A DNA stretch of 64,000 nucleotides from an uncultured bacterium (GCA_963768305.1 CAVYHE010000003.1:96001-160000), one strand, 5' to 3'; positions 50,594-61,875 are shown, counted from the stretch's first letter. Notes: generated by a model from the sequence alone, not told the origin. Made by a program: numbers and translations.

Positions 50594-51460
50594 ATGAAGA
50601 GAATTATTTTGGTCCTGACGGGTTTTTTTGTTCTTTTTGCTCCGTCTTTTGCCGCGGAAAGGAAGCTGGCGTCGTCGTATATCACCGATGGCATGAACGC
50701 ATATGACAGCGGGAATTATATCGAGACGATACTTGATATGCGCTCCGCCGAACAGCTATCTCCTGTTCCGCCGCTCGTATACAAATATCTAGGGATGGCT
50801 TATGGGAAACTTTCATTGTGGCAGCAGGCGGCCGAAGCGCTGAACAATGTTCTTTTCATAAGCCCCGATAACCCCGACAGATCGGAGATCGTCGGGGAAA
50901 TAAGGGACTGGGAGAGCAGGAAGGAATCTACTCCTTTGATGGCTACGTATACATTCTACCGCATCAAATACAAGAACCGTATATGGGCGGAGCCGCAGGA
51001 CCTTCTCAATTATCTGGACCTCGCGGAAATATTCAAATGCAGCGGCAGGTACGAGGAAGCGGAGAATTTTTTTGCGGCGCTTGTTAAGAGCAGGCCGGAG
51101 CTGACCAATTTCAAAGGATATCTTGCCGAAGCGTATTATTTGGACGGGAAATACGGCGAAGCGGGCAATCTTTACAAGAAGATCCTGAAGGAGGAGCCTA
51201 TGAACACCAATGCTGTCATAGGTTATAGCATGGTCCTGAAAAAGCGGTACCAGGACGTTCTTGCGTCCCAACCGGGCGAGATCCTGAATTATATAAAGAT
51301 CGCGAGGGTTTTAAGGGACATGAAAAGGTATGAGGATGCCATATCCGCTTATGAAAAGTATCTCGCAAGTGACAACGGGAATATGGGAGTGAACCGGGAA
51401 CTGGATGAAACAAGGAAACTATTGAATGCGATAAATCCGCAGCCCGTGAAGTCCGATTAA
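50594..51460 (+). CDS. Secreted TPR protein
   Basis: Signal peptide followed by TPR-like repeats. Confidence 0.75.
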   Translation: MKRIILVLTGFFVLFAPSFAAERKLASSYITDGMNAYDSGNYIETILDMRSAEQLSPVPPLVYKYLGMAYGKLSLWQQAAEALNNVLFISPDNPDRSEIVGEIRDWESRKESTPLMATYTFYRIKYKNRIWAEPQDLLNYLDLAEIFKCSGRYEEAENFFAALVKSRPELTNFKGYLAEAYYLDGKYGEAGNLYKKILKEEPMNTNAVIGYSMVLKKRYQDVLASQPGEILNYIKIARVLRDMKRYEDAISAYEKYLASDNGNMGVNRELDETRKLLNAINPQPVKSD

Positions 51461-52044
51461 ACTTTCAGAGTCGCCCCGAGGAAGATAAATATCCCTATGA
51501 CAATGAACACGATGCCGGTCAGATAGCTGCTCACTCTTTCAGGCAGGAAATTCTTCAGCATGTTGCCTATCAGGAGCCCGAAAAGATTTATGATTATCAG
51601 CCCCAGCGTTGCCCCGAGCCAAACCTGGACTGGAGCACTGTATTTTGCGGCCAGCGCGAACGTCGCAAGCTGAGTTTTATCGCCGATCTCCGCAAGGAAA
51701 AAACTGCCGAAAACGATCCAGAAGGGATCTTTCGACGCGACCGAAGGTTCTTTGCGTTCTTCTTTTCCTTTTTCATGCGGGATGGGAGCGACTATCGTTA
51801 GTCCGTAAATAATGAAGAATGCTCCGGCAAAGATGGATATCAGTATCATCGGGATGAATCTTTGTATTATTTTGCCCAGCAGGACGGCGATAAACATCAG
51901 TACCGCGGCCGCCGAAGAGACCCCGTAAATAACTTTTTCCATCGGGTATTTCACAGCGAATGAAAGGGTGAGCATCTGGGTCTTGTCGCCAAGCTCTGCG
52001 ATACTGATTATTATAAAGGCAGCGATGAACGGGAAGAGATGCAT
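51457..52044 (-). CDS. TMEM165/GDT1 family cation transporter
   Basis: Two ExGDKTQ motifs. Confidence 0.92.
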   Translation of the reverse strand: MHLFPFIAAFIIISIAELGDKTQMLTLSFAVKYPMEKVIYGVSSAAAVLMFIAVLLGKIIQRFIPMILISIFAGAFFIIYGLTIVAPIPHEKGKEERKEPSVASKDPFWIVFGSFFLAEIGDKTQLATFALAAKYSAPVQVWLGATLGLIIINLFGLLIGNMLKNFLPERVSSYLTGIVFIVIGIFIFLGATLKV

Positions 52045-52917
52045 TTAGGGGATCACCTTGTTCAGCGGATATTCAACTATTCCGGTAGCGCCAGTCCTTT
52101 TCAGTTTCGGGATAAGGTCCCTGACGATGTTCTCATCGACGATCGTATCCACATCAACCCCGGATTCATCGGACAATTTCGCTATCGTCGGCTTCTGAAG
52201 AGCGGGTAAAATAGAAAGGACGTCCTTCAATTTATTGTTAGGGACGTTCATTTTAAGGCCGACCTTTGTTTCGGCGGCGAGAGCCCCGTTAAGCAACATC
52301 AGAATATTCTCTATCTTGTTCTTTTTCCAGGTATCCTGGGCGGCTTTTTTGTTCGCGATAAAAGTTGTGACAGACTCAAAGACCGTATCGATTATCTTCA
52401 GGTTATTGGCTTTCAAAGAAGAGCCGGTCTCGGTGAGCTCTATTATGGCGTCGGCAAGCTCCGGCGGCTTCGCTTCTGTGGCGCCCCAGGAGAATTCGAC
52501 ATCGGCATTCACTCTGTTCTTTTTGAAATACTTTTTTGAAACACCGACCAGTTCAGTCGCGACTCGTTTGCCATCGCAATCCTGTACGCTCTTAATAGTG
52601 CCATTAACGGGGGCAGCAAGGACCCATTTTACCTTCCTAAGGCCCTGTTTCGCGTAAACGAGTTCGGCTATCTTTTCCACATCGCAGCCGCTTTCCTCTA
52701 CCCAGTCGGAGCCTGTGAGGCCTGCATCCAGCACGCCCTGTTCCACATAGCGTGCCATTTCCTGCGCCCTTATGAGCATTATTTCAAGCTCTTCATCGTC
52801 CACGGAAGGGAAGTAAGAACGCGCGGAAGCCTTCACGTTAAACCCTGCTTTTTTGAGGAGCTCGAACGTGGATTCCTGAAGGCTACCTTTGGGTATTCCG
52901 AGTCTAAGTTTGTTCAT
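52045..52917 (-). CDS. hisG: ATP phosphoribosyltransferase (long form)
   Basis: [29 protein letters not shown]-terminal regulatory domain. Confidence 0.93.
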   Translation of the reverse strand: MNKLRLGIPKGSLQESTFELLKKAGFNVKASARSYFPSVDDEELEIMLIRAQEMARYVEQGVLDAGLTGSDWVEESGCDVEKIAELVYAKQGLRKVKWVLAAPVNGTIKSVQDCDGKRVATELVGVSKKYFKKNRVNADVEFSWGATEAKPPELADAIIELTETGSSLKANNLKIIDTVFESVTTFIANKKAAQDTWKKNKIENILMLLNGALAAETKVGLKMNVPNNKLKDVLSILPALQKPTIAKLSDESGVDVDTIVDENIVRDLIPKLKRTGATGIVEYPLNKVIP

Positions 52918-52998
52918 AATTGTAAAATCATACTAGAAGGGCGAAAGATTGTCAAATAACTTGCACTTTTACCATTGATAATGCATAATTCCTGACGC

Positions 52999-54656
52999 AT
53001 GCGGCAGTCAGAATATTTGACCCTAAAAGACCTCTTGAGGAAAAACACTCAAAAATTCGGCGACAGCCTCGCTTATCAGATAAAAATCAATGATGTATAC
53101 GTCAAACATACTTATTCCGAAGTCGGCCGGACCGCGAGAGGGCTGATCTCAAAACTTAAAAGCCTCGGCATCAAAAAAGGCGACAAAGTCGGCATACTCT
53201 CCGAGAACCGCCCTGAATGGCCGATATCATACCTGGCCGTCACAGGTATGGGCGCTATCGCGGTCCCTCTGGATTCACTAGGTACCGAATACGACATTAA
53301 AGGGATCGTTGCCCATTCAGAAGCAAGAGGGGCGATCGTATCCGATAAATTCTTGCCTTTGATAAAAGGCGCTTCAAACCTTGAGTTCATTATTTCAATG
53401 GACAAGGACTTTGACGGTTTGAAAGGACAGCTTCGGACGACCTTGGTTATGATGTAGACAAGGACGATCTCGCGGCGATAGTGTACACATCAGGGACCAC
53501 AGGCATACCGAAGGGCGTCATGCTGACCCACAACAATATAGTTACCAACTTTGTTACGGGCGCCGCGCTGTTCGAGATAGGGCCGACGGACATGGCGCTG
53601 TCCGTTCTCCCGATCCACCATACATTTGAAACGATCGCCGGTTTTCTCGCGATGTTCTACTGCGGCGCAAGGGTGACTTACGCGGAAAGCCTTAAATCGT
53701 TCAAGCTTATCCAGAACATGGTCGACACGGGAACGACCATCCTGATCGGCGTGCCGATGCTTTACCAGCTTTTCTATGACGGGATAATGAGGGAAGTGGA
53801 GGAGAAGGGCCCGGCTTTTAATTTCATATTCAATATCCTGCTCGTGATATCAAGGATATCAAGGACATTGTTCAGGGTCAATATAGGGCGGCTGCTTTTC
53901 AGGCAGGTCCACCAGAAACTCGGCGGCCATTTCCGGTTCTGGGTGAGCGGGGGAGCGGCCATCGATCCGGAGCTTCTCAACAATTTCGATCTGATGGGGA
54001 TGACCATCATCCAGGGATATGGATTGACCGAATCATCGCCCGTGATAGCGGCTAATGACCTTTCTCATAACAAATACGGTTCCGTCGGCAGGCCCATTCC
54101 CGGCGTTTGCGTACAGATCGCTGATAACGGCGAGATCCTTGCGACGGGACCGAACATCATGCAAGGATATTTCAAAATGCCGGATGAATCGAAGAAAGTC
54201 CTGAAGGACGGCTGGCTTTACACCGGCGACGTGGGCCGCCTGGACAAGGACGGATATCTTTATATTACGGGCAGGATCAAGGACGTGATAATCACCAGCT
54301 CCGGCCTTAATGTTTATCCGGATGAAATTGAATTTGAATTGAATAAGCTCCCGTACATAAAGGAATCGTGCGTAATAGGGAGAAAGGTCAAAGCAGGGAT
54401 AAAAAAAGGGTCAGAAGAGGTTTTCGCTGTGGTCTCACCGGACATCGAATATTTCGAGAAACTGGGGTTGTCCATCGAGGAGAATTCCGTCTTCACTGCG
54501 ATCTCAGAAGCCATTGAGAAGCTTAATGACAAGCTGTCGACGTATAAAAGGATATCCGGCATCGAAGTAAGGACGACGGAATTCCCGAAAACATCCACCA
54601 GGAAGATAAAAAGGTTCGAAGTTAGAAAGGAGATGGAAGCGCTATGGCGGAACTAG
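52999..54656 (+). CDS. Long-chain acyl-CoA/acyl-ACP synthetase; frameshifted near 53430
   Basis: SENRPEW, YTSGTTGIPKGVMLTH, QGYGLTES, GWLYTGD, GRIKD. Confidence 0.88.
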
Positions 54657-54889
54657 AGCAGGAAATAAAGTCGATGGTCGCGAAGATCATTAAAAGGGAT
54701 GAATCCGCGATAGACCCCAATGCCAATATTTTCACCGAATACGGGGTGGATTCTCTTCTGGGAGTCGAGATACTTGCCGGGCTGGACAAGAAATACGGCC
54801 TGGACGTGCCGGAGCAACGAATAAGGGAAATTAAGACGCTCAACGATGTGGTCAGGATCGCAAAAGAATTGATCGCGAAAAAAGGTTGA
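54644..54889 (+). CDS. Acyl carrier protein
   Basis: YGVDSL phosphopantetheine site; 81 aa. Confidence 0.88.
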   Translation: MAELEQEIKSMVAKIIKRDESAIDPNANIFTEYGVDSLLGVEILAGLDKKYGLDVPEQRIREIKTLNDVVRIAKELIAKKG

Positions 54890-54890
54890 A

Positions 54891-55625
54891 ATGAGCGGCG
54901 GGACATCCGAATACTGGAGAAAACTTTTAAAGGCTGATGAGGCGCCTCCCGAAAATTACCTGAAAGAATTCAGGTCTCCGCTTGAAATATTACGTCCGAC
55001 ATTCTATTTGATCATAAATTTCCTTTGTAAGTTCTACTGGAGAGTAAAAGTTTCAGGTTTAGCTAATATCCCCGCTGAAACGCCTTATATAATCGCCCCA
55101 AATCATGCGAGCGCGCTGGACCAAACAATGGTGTCTTACGCGATCGGAGGAAAAAGAAGGAATCAGCTGTATACGATCGTGGTGAAGCATTTTTTTGACA
55201 GGCCCGTGGCCAGATTTTTCATGAAGATCGCGACTAATGTCATGAGGATCGATTCGAAAGATGATTTTATGCCGGCGCTCTGCGCCGCACTGAAGGTGCT
55301 CAAGCTTAAAAGATCGATCTATATCAATCCGGAAGGGACAAGATCAATGACCGGCGAACTGCTGCCGTTCAGAGTGGGGGTGGGGATGCTGGCGGCGGAG
55401 ACCGGAGTTCCGATAGTTCCTGTTTTCATCGGCGGGACTTTTGACTGCATGCCTCCTGGAAAATTCTTCCCAAAACCCTGCAAAGTTACCGTGACTTTCG
55501 GCAAGCCGATATACATGGATGAATATGAAAAGAAAAAACAGACAGAAATGGCTTATGATGTTTACAAGGAAGTTACGGATGAATTATTTAAAAGGGTCAG
55601 CTCTCTTAAAGTCGGGAATAAATAG
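54891..55625 (+). CDS. Lysophospholipid acyltransferase (PlsC family)
   Basis: NHASALD (HxxxxD) and PEGTRS. Confidence 0.9.
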   Translation: MSGGTSEYWRKLLKADEAPPENYLKEFRSPLEILRPTFYLIINFLCKFYWRVKVSGLANIPAETPYIIAPNHASALDQTMVSYAIGGKRRNQLYTIVVKHFFDRPVARFFMKIATNVMRIDSKDDFMPALCAALKVLKLKRSIYINPEGTRSMTGELLPFRVGVGMLAAETGVPIVPVFIGGTFDCMPPGKFFPKPCKVTVTFGKPIYMDEYEKKKQTEMAYDVYKEVTDELFKRVSSLKVGNK

Positions 55626-56522
55626 TTCCGAGCTTTCCGCCTCCTGCGTCAGGATATTGTGAAGCCCTGAGTCCAATGCCGCATCCACAGCCTGTCGATA
55701 TTCATCAAAGGTCAATTTTCTTCCGATCTCATTGTCATCGACAGCCTTGTAGCAAGGTTTATACTGGGCCATTATCCCCACATGGACATCTTTTGAAACT
55801 TTGGCAGCAAGGAACTCCATCGATCGCTTGGTGCCGGCCAGATCATTCGGCAAAACAAGGTGCCTAACAAGAAGACCTTTCAAAGCGATGCCGGTCCCGT
55901 CAACTTTTAAATTCGCGACCTGCCTGAACATTTCTTTTATAGCGGCTCGATTAGTTTCAACATAATCTGAAATGCCTGATAGCTTATGAGCCGGACCATT
56001 AGCGCTGTATTTGATATCCGGCAGGTAAATATCGATAATGCCGTTCAATATTTCCATGGTTTCGATATTTTCGTATCCATTAGTATTGTATATTATCGGG
56101 AGCTCAAGACCTTTTTCGGCCGCTCTGATAAGAGCATTGACTATATTAGGCAGATAGTGGGGAGGGGAGACGAGATTGATATTATGGCAGCCTTTTGCCT
56201 GCAGCATCAGCATGATATCAGCTAGTTGATCATCGGTTATCTCATCACCAAGCCCTTCCTGGCTTATCTGGTAATTCTGGCAGTATGAGCATCTAAGAGC
56301 GCAGTTCGAAAAGAATATCGTTCCGGAGCCTTTTGTCCCCGATATCATCGGCTCCTCGCCGAAGTGAGGAGCAGCTGACGCTATCTTGACGATATTCGAT
56401 GAGCGGCATTTACCTTGATGCCCCGATGTCCTGTCGACATTGCATTCCCAAGGGCAGAGCCTACAATTTTGATATGCATCCTTGAACTTTTTTACGGCGA
56501 GTTTTGCAGCTTCGATGTTCAC
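55584..56522 (-). CDS. PflX-like radical SAM protein
   Basis: CRLCPWEC, HFGEEP, GSGTIFF, CALRCSYCQNYQIS, YLPDIKY, RHLVLP. Confidence 0.88.
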   Translation of the reverse strand: MNIEAAKLAVKKFKDAYQNCRLCPWECNVDRTSGHQGKCRSSNIVKIASAAPHFGEEPMISGTKGSGTIFFSNCALRCSYCQNYQISQEGLGDEITDDQLADIMLMLQAKGCHNINLVSPPHYLPNIVNALIRAAEKGLELPIIYNTNGYENIETMEILNGIIDIYLPDIKYSANGPAHKLSGISDYVETNRAAIKEMFRQVANLKVDGTGIALKGLLVRHLVLPNDLAGTKRSMEFLAAKVSKDVHVGIMAQYKPCYKAVDDNEIGRKLTFDEYRQAVDAALDSGLHNILTQEAESSELFIPDFKRADPFK

Positions 56523-57640
56523 AGGAATCTCTTGAAGACCTCGTTCGCCAGAAACAGTCCGTTCTCGGTGAGCCTGATATTCTTGCCATTTAATTCTATT
56601 AATCCCTCATCTATAAGTTCCGCAAGCTCTTTTTTATATATTTCGCGCATGCTTATCCCGAATCTATTGGTGAAATCGCCGAGATCGAACCCTTTTATAA
56701 GCCGCAGGCCCAGGAATATCATCTCCTGCATGCTTTCTTTTTTCGTGTTGTGATGTTCGGCCTTTATCGCGGCCATATCTTTCGTCAGATATTTTTCAAG
56801 CGACGGAGCGTTCGCGGTCCTGACATTATCAATGAATGAATGCGCGCCGGCGCCTACGCCGATGTAATTTTGAAGCGTCCAGTAGATCTTGTTGTGCTTG
56901 CATTCAAAGCCGGGCTTTGCGAAATTCGATATTTCATAATGTGTGTAGCCATTATCACCAAGATATTTGATCGCGTATTTATACATTTCCAGCTCTGTTT
57001 CTTCATCCGGGAGATTTTGCCCTCCTTTGAGTTTTTCGGCATGAAGAGGCGTGCCTTCTTCCAGCTGGAGATTATATGTGGATATGTGCTCTGGCTTCAG
57101 TTTAACGGCTTTTTCCAGGGATCTCTGCCAGTCCTTCAGGCTTTCTCCGGGCAGGGCGAAGATTAGATCGATATTGATATTTTTGAATCCCGCTTCCCTT
57201 GCCATATTGAACGCGTCGTTTATTTCATGCTCGTTGTGTATCCTGCCTATTTTTTTCAGGAAAGAATTATTGAATGTCTGCGCTCCCAGGCTGAGCCGGT
57301 TCACTCCCGTGCCGATCAAAATTCCAAGTTTTTCTCTGGTTACTGTCCCGGGATTAGCTTCAATGGTCATCTCGGCCTCATTTTCGATCTCAAAATCGTT
57401 CTTGATCGTCGTGAACAGGTTTGAAAGCTGCTCATCGCTCAATAGGGTGGGGGTGCCGCCTCCCATATACAGGGTCCTGACAGCGGGTCTTTTGTAAAGA
57501 GAATAATAATATTCCAGTTCGAACTTGAGAGCTTCCAGATATTCCGGAATAAATTCGTCTCTTCCGGCGTACGATGGAAAGTCGCAGTACGCGCATTTTT
57601 TCTTGCAGAAGGGAATATGTATATATAATGAATAAGTCAT
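56519..57640 (-). CDS. hemW: Radical SAM heme chaperone HemW
   Basis: LYIHIPFCKKKCAYCDF, GGGTPT, EANPGT, HYEISNF, HN..YW; follows lepA. Confidence 0.9.
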   Translation of the reverse strand: MTYSLYIHIPFCKKKCAYCDFPSYAGRDEFIPEYLEALKFELEYYYSLYKRPAVRTLYMGGGTPTLLSDEQLSNLFTTIKNDFEIENEAEMTIEANPGTVTREKLGILIGTGVNRLSLGAQTFNNSFLKKIGRIHNEHEINDAFNMAREAGFKNINIDLIFALPGESLKDWQRSLEKAVKLKPEHISTYNLQLEEGTPLHAEKLKGGQNLPDEETELEMYKYAIKYLGDNGYTHYEISNFAKPGFECKHNKIYWTLQNYIGVGAGAHSFIDNVRTANAPSLEKYLTKDMAAIKAEHHNTKKESMQEMIFLGLRLIKGFDLGDFTNRFGISMREIYKKELAELIDEGLIELNGKNIRLTENGLFLANEVFKRFL

Positions 57641-57642
57641 GA

Positions 57643-59427
57643 TTATTTCAGCTTCAGCACCGCCATGAAAGCTTCCTGTGGGATGTCCACTCTTCCAATG
57701 CGCTTCATCCTTTTCTTTCCTTCTTTTTGCTTTTCAAGGAGTTTTCTTTTCCTGGTCACGTCGCCGCCGTAGCATTTTTGAAGGACATTCTTTCTCATTG
57801 CGGGAATGGTCTCCCTTGATATTACGCGGCTGCCTATGGCCGCCTGTATCGGTATCTCGAACTGATGGCGGGGGATGACCTCTTTCAATTTTGCGGTGAG
57901 CGCCTTGCCCTTGTAATAAGCATTATCCTTGTGCGCGATGAACGATAATGAATCTACGGCTTCCTGATTTAAAAGCACATCAACTTTAACCAGGTCGGAT
58001 TCGCGGTATCCTATCAATTCATAATCCATGGAAGCGTATCCTTTTGTGACCGATTTAAGCATATCGAAGAAATCAGTAATGACCTCCCCAAGCGGCATCT
58101 CATATGTCAGCATCACTCGCGTCGGGTCCAGATATTCCATGTTCTTGAAGACGCCTCTTTTGCTCTGGCAGATCTCAAGCACCCCGCCGACGAATTTTTG
58201 CAGGACGAATATGGTTATCTTGAGAAATGGCTCTTCGATCGACTTTACTTCCCCGAGATTAGGCAGCTTTGTCGGACTGTCAATGAATATAGATGTCTTA
58301 TCAAATTTGTTGACCTTGTATACAACGCTTGGCGCGGTGGCGATTATGTCCAGCCCGTATTCCCGCTCTAATCTTTCCTGTATGATCTCAAGGTGGAGCA
58401 ATCCCAAAAATCCGCAGCGGAAACCCAGACCCAGAGCTGACGAAACTTCGGGTTCATAAAAGAGGGAAGCGTCATTCAGCTGAAGTTTTTCTATCGCGTC
58501 GCGGAGCTCGTGGTATTTTTCGGCGGAAACGGGAAAGAATCCGCAGAAGACCATCGGCTTTACAGCTTTATAACCCGGCAGCGGCTTTGATGCCGGATCG
58601 GAAGCATCAGTTATCGTATCTCCTACACGAGTCTGCCGCAGATCCTTCATGTTTGCTATGACATATCCGACTTCGCCGGACGACAGTTCATCTTTCGGAA
58701 TATAATCGATCTTCAGGGTTCCGACTTCCTGGACCTCGAATTCCGCGTCGGTCCCCATCATCCTTATTGTCATGTCTTTTTTTATCTTTCCGTTAAAGAC
58801 GCGGACGTAAACAACGACACCTCTATATGCGTCGTATTTTGAATCGAATATCAGCGCTTGAAGAGGCTCGCTGTTGCTTCCCGTCGGCGGAGGCACTCTG
58901 GCAATTATCGCGTCAAGCAAGTCAGGAATGCCTGTGCCGTCCTTGGCACTCGCGAGAATTATTTCCTCTTCCTTGAATCCGAAGAGATGTTTAAATTCCT
59001 CGATGATCTTTTTCGGCTCAGCGTTGACCATGTCGATCTTGTTCACGACGGGAATAATCTTGAGATTGTTCGCCATTGCAAGGTGCGCGTTCGCGAGTGT
59101 CTGCGCTTCCGCGCCCTGGGTCGCATCGATTATCAAAACAGCGCCTTCGCAGGCAGCTAAAGCTCTTGATACTTCGTAAGTGAAATCCACGTGTCCGGGA
59201 GTGTCGATCAAATTAAGGATGTGGCCCTTGTACTGCATCCTTATCGCCTGGGACTTGATAGTGATGCCTCTTTCGCGTTCCAGGTCCATGGTATCCAGTA
59301 CCTGCGCGCGCATATTTCTTTTTTCGATAGTATGCGTTTCCTCAAGCAGGCGATCGGCGAGGGTGGACTTGCCGTGGTCGATGTGGGCTATTATTGAAAA
59401 ATTCCGAATCTTTGAAATTTCGGTCAC
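57643..59427 (-). CDS. lepA: Elongation factor 4
   Basis: [53 protein letters not shown]. Likely GTG start at 59427. Confidence 0.97.
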   Translation of the reverse strand: MTEISKIRNFSIIAHIDHGKSTLADRLLEETHTIEKRNMRAQVLDTMDLERERGITIKSQAIRMQYKGHILNLIDTPGHVDFTYEVSRALAACEGAVLIIDATQGAEAQTLANAHLAMANNLKIIPVVNKIDMVNAEPKKIIEEFKHLFGFKEEEIILASAKDGTGIPDLLDAIIARVPPPTGSNSEPLQALIFDSKYDAYRGVVVYVRVFNGKIKKDMTIRMMGTDAEFEVQEVGTLKIDYIPKDELSSGEVGYVIANMKDLRQTRVGDTITDASDPASKPLPGYKAVKPMVFCGFFPVSAEKYHELRDAIEKLQLNDASLFYEPEVSSALGLGFRCGFLGLLHLEIIQERLEREYGLDIIATAPSVVYKVNKFDKTSIFIDSPTKLPNLGEVKSIEEPFLKITIFVLQKFVGGVLEICQSKRGVFKNMEYLDPTRVMLTYEMPLGEVITDFFDMLKSVTKGYASMDYELIGYRESDLVKVDVLLNQEAVDSLSFIAHKDNAYYKGKALTAKLKEVIPRHQFEIPIQAAIGSRVISRETIPAMRKNVLQKCYGGDVTRKRKLLEKQKEGKKRMKRIGRVDIPQEAFMAVLKLK

Positions 59428-59477
59428 GGTAAGCATTTTAGCATGTCTGAAAAGCACTTGAAAGAGAGGCGCTAAAA

Positions 59478-59506
59478 GTGAAATTTAATTTGAATTGTGA
59501 CGATAA
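59478..59506 (+). promoter_or_regulatory. Conserved sigma-28-like promoter motif, copy 4
   Basis: AAAA GTGAAATTT aatttgaattgt GACGATAA (12-nt spacer). Confidence 0.7.
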
Positions 59507-59557
59507 ATATATAGAGGGAATAAAAAGTTTGCAATTAATATCAGGGAGGTTGAGAAA

Positions 59558-60109
59558 ATGAGTTCAATAAGAAAAATTCAGTTTGTTCCGCGGCTTCTTA
59601 CGCCCCGCGGGGAAGGGCGGGCATTTAAAATGAGCGTGGCCACGATCAATGATATTGCCTATCTTTTCAAAAAGAGAGGTTTAATAAATAAATTCTTCGA
59701 CTGCCTGCAAGTCCCTTATCCATCAATAATTAAAGTAGAGTATTATCCTTGCCGTGGCTACGTGAGATTGATTAATCAAACGACCTCTATCTTCATGGAA
59801 CGCATTGCGGGTATAGGCAGTGAGACTACGAGAACTAAAGAAAAGTATTTTTTGAACGTAATATACCCCGTTCTTAATAAATACAATGAGGTCAAGGGTG
59901 AGAATTTAAAAAGTGGCCAGGAATATTCAGAGTTCATTAACGGTACATTGACTCATGTGAACAGAGAGGTTCTTGCAAGCATTCTGACGGCTCTGCCACA
60001 TAGAACGACCCATGTCCACCCCAAAAAACCGGCCCGACCTTTAACTGCTAAGGAGTATTATAGCTGGGGGCCGGAGTGGGGAATACGTCAGTGGCCCCCG
60101 AGAGATTAA
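59558..60109 (+). CDS. Orphan hypothetical protein (MSSIRK...)
   Basis: 183-aa AT-richer ORF with AGGGAGG RBS. Confidence 0.65.
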   Translation: MSSIRKIQFVPRLLTPRGEGRAFKMSVATINDIAYLFKKRGLINKFFDCLQVPYPSIIKVEYYPCRGYVRLINQTTSIFMERIAGIGSETTRTKEKYFLNVIYPVLNKYNEVKGENLKSGQEYSEFINGTLTHVNREVLASILTALPHRTTHVHPKKPARPLTAKEYYSWGPEWGIRQWPPRD

Positions 60110-60154
60110 TGTAACTTCTGGGACTCGCCCGTCCAGCTCCTTTTCCACCTTTCA

Positions 60155-60183
60155 TTGACGCTCCATTCTCCGGTTGATATACT
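60155..60183 (+). promoter_or_regulatory. Sigma-70 promoter of the SLH protein gene
   Basis: TTGACG - 17 nt - TATACT with extended TG. Confidence 0.6.
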
Positions 60184-60205
60184 GATTTTTGCCGGAGGAT
60201 GATTT

Positions 60206-61874
60206 TTGAAAAAACTCTCGATATTTTTCTTTCTTATCGATCCTAATTTCAATTCCCTCGTTTGCCGCGGTGGACAGTGCCATTGCGGACCCATCCAGCA
60301 TCGGCGTGGGGGCAAGGCCGCTGGCTCTTGGAAGAGCTTATGAGGGACTCTCAGATGACGCGAACGGGCTTTTCATCAATCCCGCCGGCCTTGCCGGCAT
60401 AAGGAATTTTAAGCTTACCAGCATGAGCGGACAGGTAATGGAAGACCTGGATTATGTTGTTATCGGCGGCGCATTTCCCACCGACTACGGTGTTTTCGGG
60501 GTCGGCTACGTCAATGTCGGATCAGGAAGCATTCCCGTAACATCAACAGAGGGCAGCGGGACGACGGAAACGGTTGTAACTGTTGGCGAAACAAGCTACT
60601 ACGCATCGGTTGCCACATTGTCCTACAGCAATGATCTTTCAAGGTTCCCGTTCTTCGTTGGTATGAAGAACTTCACTTACGGGCTCAACCTCAAATATTT
60701 CATGCAGGGCTTATCGGGCGGCGGCTCGGCCACCAAAGGCGCGAATGGGACCGGATGGAATATGGATCTTGGATTGCAATACAAAGCGAACAAGAGTCTG
60801 ATGATAGGCCTCTCTGCGCTGAATTGTCTGCCCGCGTCCGACGGCGGAAAATTCACCTGGGACAAGGATAATGTTGAAGAGGATATCCCGGAGGTCATCA
60901 AAACGGGATTCGCGGCAAAGCTTTTCGGAAAAGATTCATATTACGGAGGCAAGCAGGATGTTTTCTGGGTATTGGATATGGATTTCCCGTCCGACCTGAA
61001 CAGGCAAACCGAATATCATACCGGAGTGGAATGGTGGCCGATATCCGTAATGGCCTTGAGGGCAGGGCTGGACCAACAGCAGAAAGCTGCCGAAGACGTT
61101 AACGGTGTTGACAATAATTTCACGGCCGGCATTGGATTAAAATTCAACGGCTTCACTTTTGATTACTGCTATCATCAGTTTGGCGGGCTCACGGACAATA
61201 TAACGCATTTCTTTTCTATCGGCTATGTCGGGGAGGAACAAAAACCGAAGACCCTCTGGACGCCGAAATCGGGGATAGCGATCGTTGTTCCGAACGTCAG
61301 CCTTGAATCTTTTTCCGATGTTCCCGACGGGTTCTGGGCGAAAAGCCCCATTGAATTCATGGCTACGCTGGGCATCATCAGCGGTGACGCCGACGGCAAA
61401 TTCAGGCCGGATGATCCTGTTACAAGGGCAGAGCTCGCGCAGATGCTGGCCAAACTGAAAGGAATGGAGGTCAGTGACGTTAACATTGACCCGTTCCCGG
61501 ACGTCAAAAAGGATTACTGGGCGGCGAAATATATCAAGGCCGTGTCCGCTGCTAAATATATGAGAACATATCCCGGCGGAGCGTTCAGGCCGGAGAAAGT
61601 TATCTCCAGAGTGGAGGGTACGACCATTCTCACCAGATTTACGGAAGCAACAGCACCTGATTTCATAGATAAAAAGCCTTTTAATGATGTTCCTGTTGAC
61701 CATTGGGCCGCGAAGACGATAACGGCCGCAAGGAATTACGGACTTCTGGATTATCTTATCGGGAGGGATTTTGAACCTTTCAAGGCGCTGACCCGCGCGG
61801 AAGTGGCGGAAATGCTCTCAAAGACCAGTGACGGGCAGGAAAAGATTAAAGATTTTCTTAAGAACGCAGAATAA
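60206..61874 (+). CDS. PorV/FadL-like beta-barrel protein with C-terminal SLH domains
   Basis: GVGARPLALGRAY, FINPAGLA, barrel-type strands, three SLH repeats (FSDVP..FWA, TRAE). Signal peptide MKKLSIF starts at TTG 60206 in another frame (probable indel in the T-run near 60225). Confidence 0.8.
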
Positions 61875-61875
61875 A

